A DNA stretch of 64,000 nt from Candidatus Latescibacterota bacterium (GTDB taxonomy: Bacteria > Latescibacterota > UBA2968 > GCA-2709665), in the NCBI GenBank assembly GCA_963662665.2, contig CAXXJS010000010.1:128001-192000 (forward strand). The letters run 5' to 3'. The first letter of the stretch is position 1; each line of letters opens with the position of its first letter. Both the position numbers and the translations under genes were made by a program. The notes under the pieces were generated by a model. That model saw nothing but the letters and a program-made list of their open reading frames with translations. It was not told where the DNA came from and did no database searches. This document shows positions 1 to 11,079 of the stretch, one piece after another.

Positions 1-42
1 GGCTCCCTCTTGACGTCTATATGAAAAAGGTCCGGCCCCGGA

Positions 43-750
43 ATGAACCCCTTGCCCCGGAAATCCCTGCTCCTGCTCTCCGGCGGCATGGATTCCACGA
101 CCCTGCTGTGGTGGATGCGAGACCGTGGTATTTCCGAGATCCACACTGTCTCGATCGACTACGGCCAGCGCCACGCCATCGAACTCGAATCCAGCGCAAC
201 GCTGTCCCGGATGGCGGGCGCAACGTCCCACCGCTGCCTTAAAATCGACCTGCGGCAGATCGGCGGAAATCCGCTCACGGACGTCGGGCGTCCTGTTCCC
301 GCCGCTCACGAGGATCGGCAGGCGCTAACCGTTGTCCCTTTCCGCAACATGCTCTTCGTCACGCTGGCTGCCGCATGGGCAGAGGTGAAGGGATGCAAGG
401 ATCTCTATCTCTCGCCCGTACGCGACGACTTTGACATCTACCGGGACTGCCGTCGCGAATTTTACGATATGCTGGAGAGGGCCCTGCGCCTGGGCGCCAC
501 ACGGCAGGCCGACTACCGTATCGTTACCCCATTTGTGGAGAAGTGGAAGGACGAAGTTGTAAGCACGGGTCTGAACCTGGGCGTACCCTACGCCGACACC
601 CATACGTGCTACGAAGGCAAACGCCCCGCCTGCGGCCGTTGCGACGCCTGCGTGGAACGCATCGCCGCCTTTCGCGCCAATCGCACCGTCGATCCGCTGG
701 CCTACCAAATCGAAGTCGAATGGGACATATCAACCGCGCCACGTCCATAG
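43..750 (+). CDS. queC: 7-cyano-7-deazaguanine synthase
   Basis: LSGGMDS PP-loop, VPFRN, YRDCR, and C-terminal CYEG..CGRCDAC Zn motif. Confidence 0.93.
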   Translation: MNPLPRKSLLLLSGGMDSTTLLWWMRDRGISEIHTVSIDYGQRHAIELESSATLSRMAGATSHRCLKIDLRQIGGNPLTDVGRPVPAAHEDRQALTVVPFRNMLFVTLAAAWAEVKGCKDLYLSPVRDDFDIYRDCRREFYDMLERALRLGATRQADYRIVTPFVEKWKDEVVSTGLNLGVPYADTHTCYEGKRPACGRCDACVERIAAFRANRTVDPLAYQIEVEWDISTAPRP

Positions 751-801
751 ATAATTCCGCGCGACGTTTCATGGGACCCAACCACTGTCCCGGCCCGGAA
801 A

Positions 802-1836
802 TCAGGCGTTTTTCAATGCTGTCACGGCGTCGATCAGACGCCGGTCCGCATTGGACCGCAGTTGGAGAATCTCAACGAGTTTTTCCGGACTGACGTCCCC
901 GGCCGTTAATCGGTGGACATCGATTCTATCCGCCAGCGCGTTCATTACCATGTCGAGCAGGATGAGGTCCGAGGCCTCGTCCTCGACCATACACTCATCC
1001 GCAAGCACACGACGAACGACCTTCAGGCGGTCCCGCAACGCCTCCTCGTCTATCTCCTCGACCTTTTCCCGACTGACAAGCGGGGTGGAAAGCGTCGCCA
1101 GAAATCCTTCGCTCAGATATTTGCGGGCTTTCTCTTCGGTCCAGTTGTCCGTCAGAATTTCCACTACGGACTGCGGGACCCGCTCAGCCCGCTCGCGGCT
1201 TTCAGCGGTACCGCCGCCTTCATTCTGCCGGCGCGACGGCCGGCGCCTTCTTGTTCGGCGATGTTCCTGCGAGGCGCCCCGCGTGGGGGACTCCTGCGTC
1301 GTTTCCGCAGGGGTCTCCACGGGAGCGGCCGCTACAACATCCGGGGGTGGCGTCGCCGCAGCCTCAGCGGTCTCCGATGAAGGCTCTGCAGCGGACTCCC
1401 CGGTATTCGCCGGTTCAGGGGGTGCCGCTTCCGCCGTTCCCGCGGTGGGCTCAGCCTCTTTCTCGGATTGGTTCTCCTTCTTGTCCGCCGCCTTCCCGCG
1501 TGTCGTGCGCTTCGTGGACTTCGTCGAACCCCGCACCCGTTTCGCCGGCCGCCGCGATATCACGCGCTTCTCCGGAACTTCCGCCGCTTTCTGGGCAGAC
1601 TGACCTGCATCTTCCGGGGTGTCTGTTTCGGTCTTCTCCCCCTTCTCCTCGTCCGGCGCGGTTCGGGTGCGAGTTGTCCTCTTCGGCTTTTTGCTGACGC
1701 TTCGGGTACGCTTGGCCGGCCGCCGAGACACCACCCGCCTTTCAGAATCCTTGGCGTCATCCTTCTTCTCCCCGTCCTGGGCTTCCGACGGGGATTGATC
1801 ATTCTTCCCGGCTGGGGAATCCAAAATATCGTCCAT
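802..1836 (-). CDS. Hypothetical protein with a long charged, disordered N-terminus (duplicated RV[VI]SRRPAKR motif) and a helical C-terminal domain
   Basis: ATG at 1836 preceded by GGAGGT RBS; ~344 aa open frame. Confidence 0.75.
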   Translation of the reverse strand: MDDILDSPAGKNDQSPSEAQDGEKKDDAKDSERRVVSRRPAKRTRSVSKKPKRTTRTRTAPDEEKGEKTETDTPEDAGQSAQKAAEVPEKRVISRRPAKRVRGSTKSTKRTTRGKAADKKENQSEKEAEPTAGTAEAAPPEPANTGESAAEPSSETAEAAATPPPDVVAAAPVETPAETTQESPTRGASQEHRRTRRRRPSRRQNEGGGTAESRERAERVPQSVVEILTDNWTEEKARKYLSEGFLATLSTPLVSREKVEEIDEEALRDRLKVVRRVLADECMVEDEASDLILLDMVMNALADRIDVHRLTAGDVSPEKLVEILQLRSNADRRLIDAVTALKNA

Positions 1837-1967
1837 ATACCTCCCTTCGAGCTGTAGACGACACACAACAGTCCATTTCGTCTCCAACCCTCTACAATGT
1901 TGAACATGTTCGAAGACATCAACCCGTCGTACCAATATAAGCAAATATTATCGTCGTTCACCAGACG

Positions 1968-1995
1968 AAAAAAGGCCGGCCAATATCGGCCGACC
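1968..1995 (-). terminator. Rho-independent terminator after groEL
   Basis: Minus strand GGTCGGCCGA-TA-TTGGCCGGCC followed by T6. Confidence 0.75.
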
Positions 1996-2023
1996 CTTGA
2001 ACGCTTCACGTATATTGCAGACA

Positions 2024-3655
2024 CTAATAGTGATCGTGACCGTGGCCGTGGCCAGGCGGCTCCTTTTCCTCTTCCGGAACTTCCGTTATCAGCGTTTCCG
2101 TTGTCAACAGGAGGCCGGCAATACTGGCCGCATTCTCAACCGCGGAACGCACAACCTTGGTGGGATCCGCCACGCCGGATTCGATCAGGTCTTCGTAGGT
2201 TTCGGTAAGCGCGTTGAATCCGAAGGCACCGTCTCCCTCCTTCACACGCTGCACAACCAGGCTGCCCTCGTGGCCAGCATTGTCGGCAATCTTTCTCAGG
2301 GGCGCTTCCAGCGCCTTGCTTAAAAGATCCACACCCGTCTTCTGGTCCCCACGAACCCGGCTGCGCACCGTGTCCAGCGACGAAATACATCTCACGAGCG
2401 CTACGCCTCCGCCGGGCACGATTCCTTCCTCTACAGCCGCCCTGGTCGCGTGCAGGGCATCTTCCACCCTTGCCTTCTTTTCTTTCATTTCGGTTTCGGT
2501 CGCGGCGCCGACGTTCACCACTGCCACACCGCCGGCGAGCTTTGCGAGCCGCTCCTGGAGTTTCTCCCGGTCGTAGTCCGATGTGGTTTCCTCGATCTGC
2601 ATGCGAATCTGGCTGACGCGTCCCTGGATGTCGTCGGTTGCCCCGGCCCCTTCCACGATTGTCGTATTGTCCTTGTCTATAACGATCCGCTTGGCCTGTC
2701 CCAGATCGTCGAGCTGGATATTCTCCAGTTTAATGCCCAGATCTTCGGAAATGACTCGACCACCGGTGAGAATGGAAATGTCTTCAAGCATCTCCTTCCG
2801 ACGGTCGCCGTAACCGGGTGCCTTGACCGCCGCCGCTTTAATGGTCCCACGGACTTTGTTCACGACAAACGTCGCCAGCGCTTCACCCTCAACGTCTTCG
2901 GCAATCACCAGAAGCGGCTTGCCCGTCTGTGCCGTTTTCTCCAGCAAAGGAAGAAGATCTTTCATATTGGACAGCTTTTTCTCGTGGATCAGCAGATAGG
3001 CATCCTCCAGAACCGCTTCCATGTCGTCCTGGTCGGTCACAAAATACGGGGAAATATAACCCCGGTCGAACTGCATGCCCTCCACTACGTCCAGCGTCGT
3101 TTCGATCGACTTTGCTTCCTCTACCGTTATTGTGCCGTCTTTGCCCACCTTCTCCATGGAATCGGCGATTATTTCTCCGATGCTGTTGTCGTTATTGGCG
3201 GAGACCGTGGCCACTTGCGCAATTTCCTTTCGGCCTTTTACATCCTGGGACTGTGCTTTCAAGGCATCGGTCACGGCCCCGACGCCCTCGTCGATGCCCC
3301 GCTTGATATCCATCGGGTTGGCGCCGGCCGTCACATTCTTGAGCCCCTCGCGATAGACGGCTTCAGCAAGGACTGTGGCGGTGGTGGTGCCGTCACCTGC
3401 GACGTCGGATGTCTTGGAAGCCACTTCCTTCACCATCTGGGCGCCCATATTTTCGTATGGATCGGGCAGTTCGATTTCTTTGGCTACCGTAACGCCGTCT
3501 TTGGTTACCGTAGGCGAACCCCACTTCTTTCCCAGAACGATGTTCCGTCCGCGTGGTCCCAGTGTTGCCTTTACGGCTTTGCTCAGGATGTCCACGCCGT
3601 CCAGAACCTTCGACCGGGCGTCTATCCCGTAGCTTAATTGTTTGGCTGGCATCAT
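2024..3655 (-). CDS. groL: Chaperonin GroEL (His-rich C-terminal tail)
   Basis: [39 protein letters not shown] motifs. Confidence 0.99.
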   Translation of the reverse strand: MMPAKQLSYGIDARSKVLDGVDILSKAVKATLGPRGRNIVLGKKWGSPTVTKDGVTVAKEIELPDPYENMGAQMVKEVASKTSDVAGDGTTTATVLAEAVYREGLKNVTAGANPMDIKRGIDEGVGAVTDALKAQSQDVKGRKEIAQVATVSANNDNSIGEIIADSMEKVGKDGTITVEEAKSIETTLDVVEGMQFDRGYISPYFVTDQDDMEAVLEDAYLLIHEKKLSNMKDLLPLLEKTAQTGKPLLVIAEDVEGEALATFVVNKVRGTIKAAAVKAPGYGDRRKEMLEDISILTGGRVISEDLGIKLENIQLDDLGQAKRIVIDKDNTTIVEGAGATDDIQGRVSQIRMQIEETTSDYDREKLQERLAKLAGGVAVVNVGAATETEMKEKKARVEDALHATRAAVEEGIVPGGGVALVRCISSLDTVRSRVRGDQKTGVDLLSKALEAPLRKIADNAGHEGSLVVQRVKEGDGAFGFNALTETYEDLIESGVADPTKVVRSAVENAASIAGLLLTTETLITEVPEEEKEPPGHGHGHDHY

Positions 3656-3795
3656 GACCCTCCTGTTTTCTCGGTATGTTCGAAACCGGTAACGAATCGG
3701 AACCGGAAAACCTGCTACCGGTCTCCTTTCAAACTTTCCGCCATCGCCCGGCGCGACTCGGAACCTGCCTGAATGCAGTTTCCGTTATGGTCGGG

Positions 3796-4086
3796 TTATT
3801 CCAGGATGCCCAGAATATCGTCTTCCGACGCGATTACAAGCTCCTCTCCACCCACCTCCACCTCGGTACCGGCATACTGGCCAATGAGGACGCGGTTGCC
3901 AATTCCCACCGAAACCGGCACCGGATCGCCGGTTTTATCGTTGACTTTCCCCGGACCGACCGCGACAACCTCGGCTTCGAGTGGTTTTTCTTTTGCCGTA
4001 TCCGGTATAATGATACCGCCCTTCACCTGTTCATCGGCTTCAATCCGCCGGAGAAGTACCCGGTCGGCCATTGGCTTCACCGTCAT
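3796..4086 (-). CDS. groS: Co-chaperonin GroES
   Basis: KPMADRV..GGIIIPDTAKEKP..VVAVGPG; AGGAGG RBS. Confidence 0.98.
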   Translation of the reverse strand: MTVKPMADRVLLRRIEADEQVKGGIIIPDTAKEKPLEAEVVAVGPGKVNDKTGDPVPVSVGIGNRVLIGQYAGTEVEVGGEELVIASEDDILGILE

Positions 4087-4152
4087 CAGCTCCTCCTTCG
4101 AAAGAATAACGTTTATGTTAACTCATTTAATTACAACTATTTTCTGAAATTA

Positions 4153-4179
4153 TTAGCACTCAATAAGCTCGAGTGCTAA
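4153..4179. promoter_or_regulatory. CIRCE element (HrcA operator)
   Basis: Perfect TTAGCACTC-N9-GAGTGCTAA upstream of groES. Confidence 0.97.
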
Positions 4180-4186
4180 TAGAACA

Positions 4187-4215
4187 AATATACAAGCTTT
4201 GATTTCGTGACGCAA
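4187..4215 (-). promoter_or_regulatory. Sigma70-type promoter of groESL
   Basis: TTGCGT-N17-TATATT on the minus strand just upstream of CIRCE. Confidence 0.7.
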
Positions 4216-4236
4216 GGACAAATTCCCTGACAAAAC

Positions 4237-4267
4237 AAAAAAGCGCATTACCGCATGTAATGCGCTT
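4237..4267 (-). terminator. Rho-independent terminator after secA-rhodanese
   Basis: Minus strand AAGCGCATTAC-ATGCG-GTAATGCGCTTTTTT. Confidence 0.8.
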
Positions 4268-4314
4268 CGACCGAATTCCGCCGGCTCGTCCCATGTCATT
4301 CCGTGATAGTCCGC

Positions 4315-4791
4315 TTAATTGGTCGAACTCCTCAGCAGCTCCTTCTTCCGCGCAATCCGTTTCTCGAGGTGTTCTATTTCAGCGGCCAACAACTCTGGGC
4401 GATCCGAATCGTCGCCTTCTTCGGGCGGCGGCGGCTGTTCCGCCGGAAGGGCGGCATCGGCCCAGTCTTCGTACCCGCCCGACATCGAAATCACACGTTC
4501 ATAACCCAGTTCCTTCAAAGACTCCGCGGCCAGCAGGGATCGTACACCGCCAGCGCAATACACCACCACTTCCCGGGACTTGTCCGGAATAGTGGATTCC
4601 GCCTCCGCTTCCAGCCGCCCGCGAGGAATGTGAACGGCCCCCCGCAAGTGTCCAGACTCCCACTCTTCCAGGGCGCGCACATCCAACAGGACCGGGCTCT
4701 CGCCGCTTTCCAGATGGCTGTGCACTTCCTGTACGCTCATCTCCGGAATCACCCTGCGGGCTTCACTTAACAACTCATCTCGGGATTTCAT
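4315..4791 (-). CDS. Rhodanese-domain sulfurtransferase-like protein
   Basis: LLDVR..EW..GHL.GAVHIP, active-site loop YCAGGVRS, SGG..DW; AGGAG RBS before ATG 4791. Confidence 0.88.
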   Translation of the reverse strand: MKSRDELLSEARRVIPEMSVQEVHSHLESGESPVLLDVRALEEWESGHLRGAVHIPRGRLEAEAESTIPDKSREVVVYCAGGVRSLLAAESLKELGYERVISMSGGYEDWADAALPAEQPPPPEEGDDSDRPELLAAEIEHLEKRIARKKELLRSSTN

Positions 4792-4864
4792 TGCCTCGGA
4801 GCTCCTATCGTCCTGTCCCAATAATATCCGACCATTCCGCCGCCTGTCACGCTGCGTTGGTTCT

Positions 4865-7800
4865 TCATGCAGGCACCCGGCCCGCCTGACCATGGCATTT
4901 CTTGTATTTTTTACCGCTTCCACAGGGACACGGGTCGTTTCTGCCCACCTTCTGCACCCGTACCGGACGCTGCCTGGGCGGACCGCCTTCGGAAGCACTG
5001 GTGGCTGTATCCGACGTCGGCGACGCCTCGGCTCCAGGGGCAAATCCCATTCCCGTTGCATCCTGATGCATGAGGGAGACCTGTTGAGGCTGGCGGCGTC
5101 CGGGCCTTGTCAGCTCCTCTTCAACGGGGATGCGAAACAGTGTTTTCAGTGTTTCACGGTTGATCTCGTCCAGGAGATCGACGAACATCTGAAACCCTTC
5201 ACGTTTGTATTCGATCAGAGGGTCCTTTTGTCCGTATCCGCGCAGACCGATGCCCTCCTTGAGGTCGTCCATCTCCCGGAGGTGGTCCTTCCACTTTTCG
5301 TCGGTTACCCCCAGATAGACCATCCGCTCGATGTCCCGCATCCTTCCAGCGCCAATAAGACTTTCCCGGCGCCTGTAGGTTGCCCTGATCCCATCGAACA
5401 GTTTTTCGCGGAATCCATCTTCTTTAAGCTCGGGCAACGCCTCCGGAGGCACTTCCGGGACCTGAAGGAATATCTGGCGCAGATCGCGATAGAGTCGGTC
5501 CAGGTCCCACTCTTGCTGGGTGCCTTCATCCGGAAGATGGTTCCCGAACGAAGCGTTTACTACCTCCTCCATCTCTTCCTCGATCTGTTCGTAGATATTG
5601 TGTTGCTCCAGCGCGTGGCGGCGCCGGTCGTATACGACCTCCCGCTGCTGGTTCATCACATCGTCGTACTCAAGCAGATGTTTGCGCACCTCGAAGTTCC
5701 GGCCTTCCACGCGTTTCTGCGCCCGCTCGATAGATCGGGTCACCATCCGGTGTTCAATCACTTCACCCTCTTCGGCTCCCAGCCGGTCCATAATGCGGGC
5801 AATCCTTTCGGATCCGAAGAGCCGCATCAGATCGTCTTCCAACGAGATGAAAAATCGGGAATTTCCGGGATCGCCCTGTCGGCCGGCGCGTCCCCGGAGC
5901 TGCCGGTCTATCCGCCTCGCCTCGTGTCGTTCGGTGCCGATTATATGCAATCCGCAGGGCAACTCCTCCCGGCACCGGTACTCTTCCAGATGGGGACACA
6001 ACGGTTGACTGCCATTGGCGCCGGGTATCAATGCGCATTGATGGCCACCCGGTGCTTTGACCACGCCCTCACCCAGCTTGATATCCGTGCCGCGCCCCGC
6101 CATATTCGTGGCAATGGTCACGGCTGCCGGCTGTCCTGCTCTGGCAACGATCTGGGCTTCCTGCTGGTTGTGGCGGGCGTTGAGCACCGAATGTTTTATT
6201 CCCTTCCGCTTTAACATGCGTGATAACAGCTCCGACACTTCGACGCTGATCGTACCGACGAGTACCGGCAGGTTCTTGTGGTTCAATCGCTCAATATCAT
6301 CCACGATGGCGTTATATTTCTCCCGTTTGGTTCTGAAGATCAGATCCTCCGAATCAACCCGCCGCACCGGCTCGTTCGTAGGCATCACCACGACATCCAG
6401 CTTGTAGATCTGAAGCAGTTCGGCCGCTTCAGTTTCGGCGGTTCCCGTCATGCCCGCCAGTTTGTGGTATAACCGGAAGTAGTTCTGCAAGGTAATCGTG
6501 GCGATCGTCTGTGTATCGCGTTCCACCTTGACCCGTTCTTTCGCCTCGAGAGCCTGGTGCAGCCCGTCGGCAAATCGCCGACCCGGCTGGGGGCGCCCGG
6601 TGAACTCGTCTACAATAATCACCTGGCCGCCATCCACAATATACCTTACATCCTTTTCATATAGCGTAAAGGCTACCAGAAGTTGCTGCACACTGTGAAT
6701 CGCCTCGCTCTTTCTGGCGTAGTCCTGGTAGGCGTCGTCCTGCGATCTGGCTTTCTCGTCCGGCGCCAGTGAATCATCCGCTTCGATTCCGTGCAGCACT
6801 TCATCCAGGTCCGGCAGCACAAAGTCGTCCGGCTTTCTGCTGATCTCTACGCGCCCCTTGTCAGTCAGGTCAATAACATGACCCTTCTCGTCCACGCTGA
6901 AGTAGAGGTCTTCGTCGATCTCGCCCATTCGCTTGTCGCGCATGTAGTCCGCCTCGACACGGCCAATAAGGCGTTTGATTCCCTCCTCCTGTACCAACTT
7001 CATGAACCGACGGTTTTTGGGCATGCCCCGCTGGACCTGAAGCAGTCGGATCCCCGCCTCGTATTCCTCATTGTCGAGAAGTTCCTCCGCTTCGTTCAAG
7101 GTCCCGGTCACCACCCGCGTCTGCGTTCTGACCAACCGCTCCACCAGTGGCCGCATCTCATCGTACCGCTGGTTATCGGCCTCGGCCACCGCGCCGGAAA
7201 TGATCAGCGGCGTCCTGGCTTCGTCTATCAGTATGCTGTCCGCCTCGTCGATAATTGCGAAATAGTGTTCGCGCTGCATCAGATCATCCGGTCGAACCGT
7301 CATATTGTCGTATAGATAGTCGAATCCGAACTGGTCCTTCGTGCCATAGATAATATCGGCCCGATAGGCCTCCTGATGTTCGCACTCCCGCAGGAGGTAT
7401 CCGCCCCGGCCATCCTCCTCCATGCGATACGCCTCCGCCTCCATGGACCGGTCCTGGATAATGCCAACGCTCATCCCGAGAGAGATATACACGGGCCCGA
7501 GCCACATGGCGTCTCGCTTTGCCAGGTAGGAGTTCACCGTCACCAGGTGTACGCCCCGTCCCGTCAATCCGTTCAGATAGAGCGGCATTCCAGCCACCAG
7601 CGTCTTGCCTTCGCCAGTGGCCATCTCGGCTATTTTTCCCTGGTGCAGCACAATGCCGCCGAGCAGCTGCACATCGTAAGGCACCATATCCCAGACAATG
7701 GATTCTCCTGCGCGCTCCCACTGCTTTCCCTCGGCCTTGAAACGGCGGCAAGTCTCCTTGTAAACCGCATATGCCTCCGGTAGTATCCCCTCCAAAGCCT

Positions 7801-8095
7801 CCGTCTCAAGTTGCCTGGCCTCGCCCTCCAATTCCGAGATTTCGTCCAGCAGCGAGGAACGATCCACTTCGTCCTCACTCTTCAGCTCCAACCGCAACCG
7901 ATCCACCTGTTCCGTACATTCCTCCGTCACGTCGCGAAGTCTTTGCCTGAACTCTGCTGTCTTCTCGCGCAAACCCGCGTCGGATAGTCCGGAGAACGAC
8001 TCGCAAAGCCCATTGATTCTGTCGACCGTCGGCCAGAGTTTCTTCAGATCCCGATCGTATTTGGTCCCGAAGACTTTTTTTATTACATCAATCAT
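4865..8095 (-). CDS. secA: Preprotein translocase subunit SecA
   Basis: [40 protein letters not shown], and C-terminal [14 protein letters not shown]. Confidence 0.99.
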   Translation of the reverse strand: MIDVIKKVFGTKYDRDLKKLWPTVDRINGLCESFSGLSDAGLREKTAEFRQRLRDVTEECTEQVDRLRLELKSEDEVDRSSLLDEISELEGEARQLETEALEGILPEAYAVYKETCRRFKAEGKQWERAGESIVWDMVPYDVQLLGGIVLHQGKIAEMATGEGKTLVAGMPLYLNGLTGRGVHLVTVNSYLAKRDAMWLGPVYISLGMSVGIIQDRSMEAEAYRMEEDGRGGYLLRECEHQEAYRADIIYGTKDQFGFDYLYDNMTVRPDDLMQREHYFAIIDEADSILIDEARTPLIISGAVAEADNQRYDEMRPLVERLVRTQTRVVTGTLNEAEELLDNEEYEAGIRLLQVQRGMPKNRRFMKLVQEEGIKRLIGRVEADYMRDKRMGEIDEDLYFSVDEKGHVIDLTDKGRVEISRKPDDFVLPDLDEVLHGIEADDSLAPDEKARSQDDAYQDYARKSEAIHSVQQLLVAFTLYEKDVRYIVDGGQVIIVDEFTGRPQPGRRFADGLHQALEAKERVKVERDTQTIATITLQNYFRLYHKLAGMTGTAETEAAELLQIYKLDVVVMPTNEPVRRVDSEDLIFRTKREKYNAIVDDIERLNHKNLPVLVGTISVEVSELLSRMLKRKGIKHSVLNARHNQQEAQIVARAGQPAAVTIATNMAGRGTDIKLGEGVVKAPGGHQCALIPGANGSQPLCPHLEEYRCREELPCGLHIIGTERHEARRIDRQLRGRAGRQGDPGNSRFFISLEDDLMRLFGSERIARIMDRLGAEEGEVIEHRMVTRSIERAQKRVEGRNFEVRKHLLEYDDVMNQQREVVYDRRRHALEQHNIYEQIEEEMEEVVNASFGNHLPDEGTQQEWDLDRLYRDLRQIFLQVPEVPPEALPELKEDGFREKLFDGIRATYRRRESLIGAGRMRDIERMVYLGVTDEKWKDHLREMDDLKEGIGLRGYGQKDPLIEYKREGFQMFVDLLDEINRETLKTLFRIPVEEELTRPGRRQPQQVSLMHQDATGMGFAPGAEASPTSDTATSASEGGPPRQRPVRVQKVGRNDPCPCGSGKKYKKCHGQAGRVPA

Positions 8096-8112
8096 AAGCG
8101 GTTATCCATTGT

Positions 8113-8547
8113 CTAACGACAATCCATGGGTTCTGCGATGACTCCCTGCTTCCTGGCCAGCGCATCCAGAATTCCGTTTATAAACATTGGCGCCTTCTCA
8201 ACGCTGTACCGCTTCGCGAGTTCAATGGCTTCATTCATCGAGACCCTGACCGGGATATTGTCGAATGCCAGCATTTCGGTAAGCGCCATCCACAGGAGGA
8301 TCCGATCGACTCTCGAGATGCGTTCCAATGCCCAGTTTCTGGAAATCCCCTCAACCATACGGTTAAGTTCGTCTCTCCGCGTCCAGGTTTCCCGACCCAA
8401 CGCCTGTGCGAATTCGGCCGCATCTTCGGAAAGCTCTGCACGAAGCGCCATGGACTGGAGCGTCTGATGCACGGGGTCCCCCGAACTCTCGCTCCAATAC
8501 AACGCCTGCAGTGTAACTTCACGGGCTTTTCGACGCGAATCCGTCAT
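8113..8547 (-). CDS. nusB: Transcription antitermination factor NusB
   Basis: [28 protein letters not shown]; ATGA overlap with ribH. Confidence 0.95.
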   Translation of the reverse strand: MTDSRRKAREVTLQALYWSESSGDPVHQTLQSMALRAELSEDAAEFAQALGRETWTRRDELNRMVEGISRNWALERISRVDRILLWMALTEMLAFDNIPVRVSMNEAIELAKRYSVEKAPMFINGILDALARKQGVIAEPMDCR

Positions 8548-9023
8548 GCCTCGTGTTCTTTCCAGGACGCCAGAAGATTCGCCATCTCGACGGCGCCCAG
8601 GGCAACTTCCCATCCTTTGTTGCCGGCCTTGGTTCCCGCCCTTTCGATTGCCTGTTCGATAGTATCGGTTGTCAGCACGCCGAACAGGCACGGAATACCT
8701 GTTTCCAGCCCTACCGACGCAATGCCCTTGGAGACCTCGTTGGCCACGTAATCGAAATGGGGTGTACTCCCGCGAATCACGGCGCCCAGACAGATCACCG
8801 CGTCGTAACTCCCGCTGCACGCCATTCTCCGAGCCATCAGCGGGATCTCGAACGAACCCGGAACCCAGGCCACGTCCACGTTCTCCGGTTCGCTTCCATG
8901 CCGCTTCAGACAATCCTCGGCGCCTTCCAGCAACTGCTTGCTAACCAGCGCGTTGAATCGACTTACCACTATACCGAAGCGTTTGCCGTTCGCATACAAT
9001 CCACCTTCAAACACTCTGGCCAT
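8544..9023 (-). CDS. ribH: 6,7-dimethyl-8-ribityllumazine synthase
   Basis: [32 protein letters not shown]. Confidence 0.98.
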   Translation of the reverse strand: MARVFEGGLYANGKRFGIVVSRFNALVSKQLLEGAEDCLKRHGSEPENVDVAWVPGSFEIPLMARRMACSGSYDAVICLGAVIRGSTPHFDYVANEVSKGIASVGLETGIPCLFGVLTTDTIEQAIERAGTKAGNKGWEVALGAVEMANLLASWKEHEA

Positions 9024-10281
9024 ACGTTCCCTCCGGGGCGCCATCGACCAACTTCAAATCTTCTTCGTCAAACAAATGTCCCATCTTCTTCTGTTTGGTG
9101 CGCAAATACCGGATATTCCATGGCGTTGGAACAATCTTGACAGGAACCCGTTCGACGATCTCGATTCCATATGCCTCCAGCCCTACACGCTTTGCCGGGT
9201 TGTTGGTGATCAGTCGCGCCCTTCTGATACCCAGGTCCAAAAGAATCTGCGCACCGATACCGTAATCCCGCTCGTCCATCTTGAATCCAAGCTTCAAATT
9301 TGCCTCGACCGTATCGTATCCCTTTTCCTGAAGCTGGTAGGCGTGTATCTTTTCACGAAGGCCGATACCGCGCCCCTCCTGCCGCATGTATACAATCGCG
9401 CCTCGCCCCTCCCGTTCAATCATCTCGATCGCTGAATGGAGGTTCGTGCTGCAGTCGCACCTGAGCGACCCAAAGGTGTCGCCGGTCAGACACTCGGAGT
9501 GCATCCGGACCAGCACGGGATGACCCGTAGAGAGTTCTCCCTTGGTCAGTGCCACGTGTTCCCGCTGGTCGACTTCGCTATCATACAGGTGCAGCTTGAA
9601 CTCCCCGAACCGGGTGGGGAGGCGCACGGTTTCAACGCATCCTACCAGCTTTTCCGATCGACGGCGATATGAAATCAGATCGCGAATTGTAATAATCTTC
9701 AGGTTGAACTGTCGCGCCATTTCCATCAGCTGGGGCAGCCGGGCCATTGTCCCGTCCGGATTCAAAATTTCGCAAAGGACACCCGCCGGATAGAGTCCCG
9801 CGAGGCGCGCCAGGTCCACCGTTGCCTCCGTGTGCCCCGCCCTTCGCAATACACCTCCCGGTCGGGCACACAGTGGAAAGACGTGTCCGGGTCTGGCAAA
9901 ATCGGGCGGCCGGGCGGCCGGATCCACGAATTGCCGTATAGTCACCGCCCGATCCTGCGCCGAAATCCCGGTGGTAGTGCCCTCTACCGCGTCGATGCTG
10001 ACCGTGAACGGTGTTCCGTGCAACGCTGTGTTTCTGCCCACCATCATCTCCAGTTCCAACTCCTGCAGTCGCTCCTCCGTTGCCGGCAGGCATACCAGCC
10101 CCCGCCCGTGAAGGGCCATGAAATTGATAATTTCAGGCGTGACTTTTTCCGCCGCTGTGATCAGGTCCCCTTCGTTTTCCCGGTCCTCATCGTCCACGAC
10201 GATAACCAATTTGCCCGCCCGGATGTCATCCAGCGCCTCTTCGATGGAGGCACCGCTGAACCCGTTGTCGATTTCAGACAT
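9007..10281 (-). CDS. ribBA: Bifunctional DHBP synthase / GTP cyclohydrolase II
   Basis: [43 protein letters not shown]. Confidence 0.98.
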   Translation of the reverse strand: MSEIDNGFSGASIEEALDDIRAGKLVIVVDDEDRENEGDLITAAEKVTPEIINFMALHGRGLVCLPATEERLQELELEMMVGRNTALHGTPFTVSIDAVEGTTTGISAQDRAVTIRQFVDPAARPPDFARPGHVFPLCARPGGVLRRAGHTEATVDLARLAGLYPAGVLCEILNPDGTMARLPQLMEMARQFNLKIITIRDLISYRRRSEKLVGCVETVRLPTRFGEFKLHLYDSEVDQREHVALTKGELSTGHPVLVRMHSECLTGDTFGSLRCDCSTNLHSAIEMIEREGRGAIVYMRQEGRGIGLREKIHAYQLQEKGYDTVEANLKLGFKMDERDYGIGAQILLDLGIRRARLITNNPAKRVGLEAYGIEIVERVPVKIVPTPWNIRYLRTKQKKMGHLFDEEDLKLVDGAPEGTYGQSV

Positions 10282-10325
10282 GAAATGTCGCTCCCGGCAA
10301 AGTGACGTTGAGATACGCGCAAATC

Positions 10326-11003
10326 TCAACCCGTTCGAATCTCATTGAAGCCCCTGTCTTTCATACCCGTACTTGATGTCCCTCGCCGCCGGTTATTCCC
10401 ATCCCCGTTCGCCGGATAGCGGCCTGCCAACCTGTCCAGATACCGCGCCACCATGTCCACCTCCAGATTCACAGAGTCGCCCACCCGGCGTTCACCGATC
10501 GTCGTCGCTTCAATCGTATGCGGAATCACCGTCACCGTAAAGTCGCGCATCCCTGCTGACACAACCGTCAGGCTGATCCCGTCGACGGCTATCGATCCCT
10601 TATCAGCCACGAACGGGGCGAGTTCGGCCGGCATTCCTATCCGGAACACGACGTTGTCCGTCCATCGCCGCCGCTCGAGTACCCGGCCCATCCCGTCCAC
10701 GTGCCCGGCGACCAGATGGCCGCCCAGGCGATCCGACAGCCTGAGAGATCGTTCCAGATTCACCCTGTCACCCGTTTTCAACTTTCCCAGAGTCGTCCGC
10801 TCCAGGGTCTCCGATACGGACTCGAACGAAAACTCCTGCCGCCCCACGTCGACAACGGTGTGGCAGGCGCCATCGATTGAGATGCTATCGCCAATCGCGA
10901 CGTCCGTGAGTACGAGCTTCGCTTCCAGTGTCGTTCGCTGATAACCCGTCCGCCGGTGAACCGTACGCACCAGTCCTACGTCCTCGACAATTCCGGTAAA
11001 CAT
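10326..11003 (-). CDS. ribE: Riboflavin synthase alpha chain
   Basis: MFTGIVE start, [22 protein letters not shown]. Confidence 0.97.
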   Translation of the reverse strand: MFTGIVEDVGLVRTVHRRTGYQRTTLEAKLVLTDVAIGDSISIDGACHTVVDVGRQEFSFESVSETLERTTLGKLKTGDRVNLERSLRLSDRLGGHLVAGHVDGMGRVLERRRWTDNVVFRIGMPAELAPFVADKGSIAVDGISLTVVSAGMRDFTVTVIPHTIEATTIGERRVGDSVNLEVDMVARYLDRLAGRYPANGDGNNRRRGTSSTGMKDRGFNEIRTG

Positions 11004-11079
11004 CAGGCCCATCCTTTCGCGGGCAACGGCGCTCACAAAGTCAGAGACACACGGGACAACGGGTCCGGATTTGCCATTC

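Noticed and set aside
43-750. queC as part of a Dpd or Qat defence system
   Set aside because: Canonical-length QueC with no defence genes next to it in the window; upstream context is out of view.
2450-3637. Long antisense ORFs over groEL, secA, comM and others
   Set aside because: Expected shadows of GC-rich coding strands; no protein motifs.
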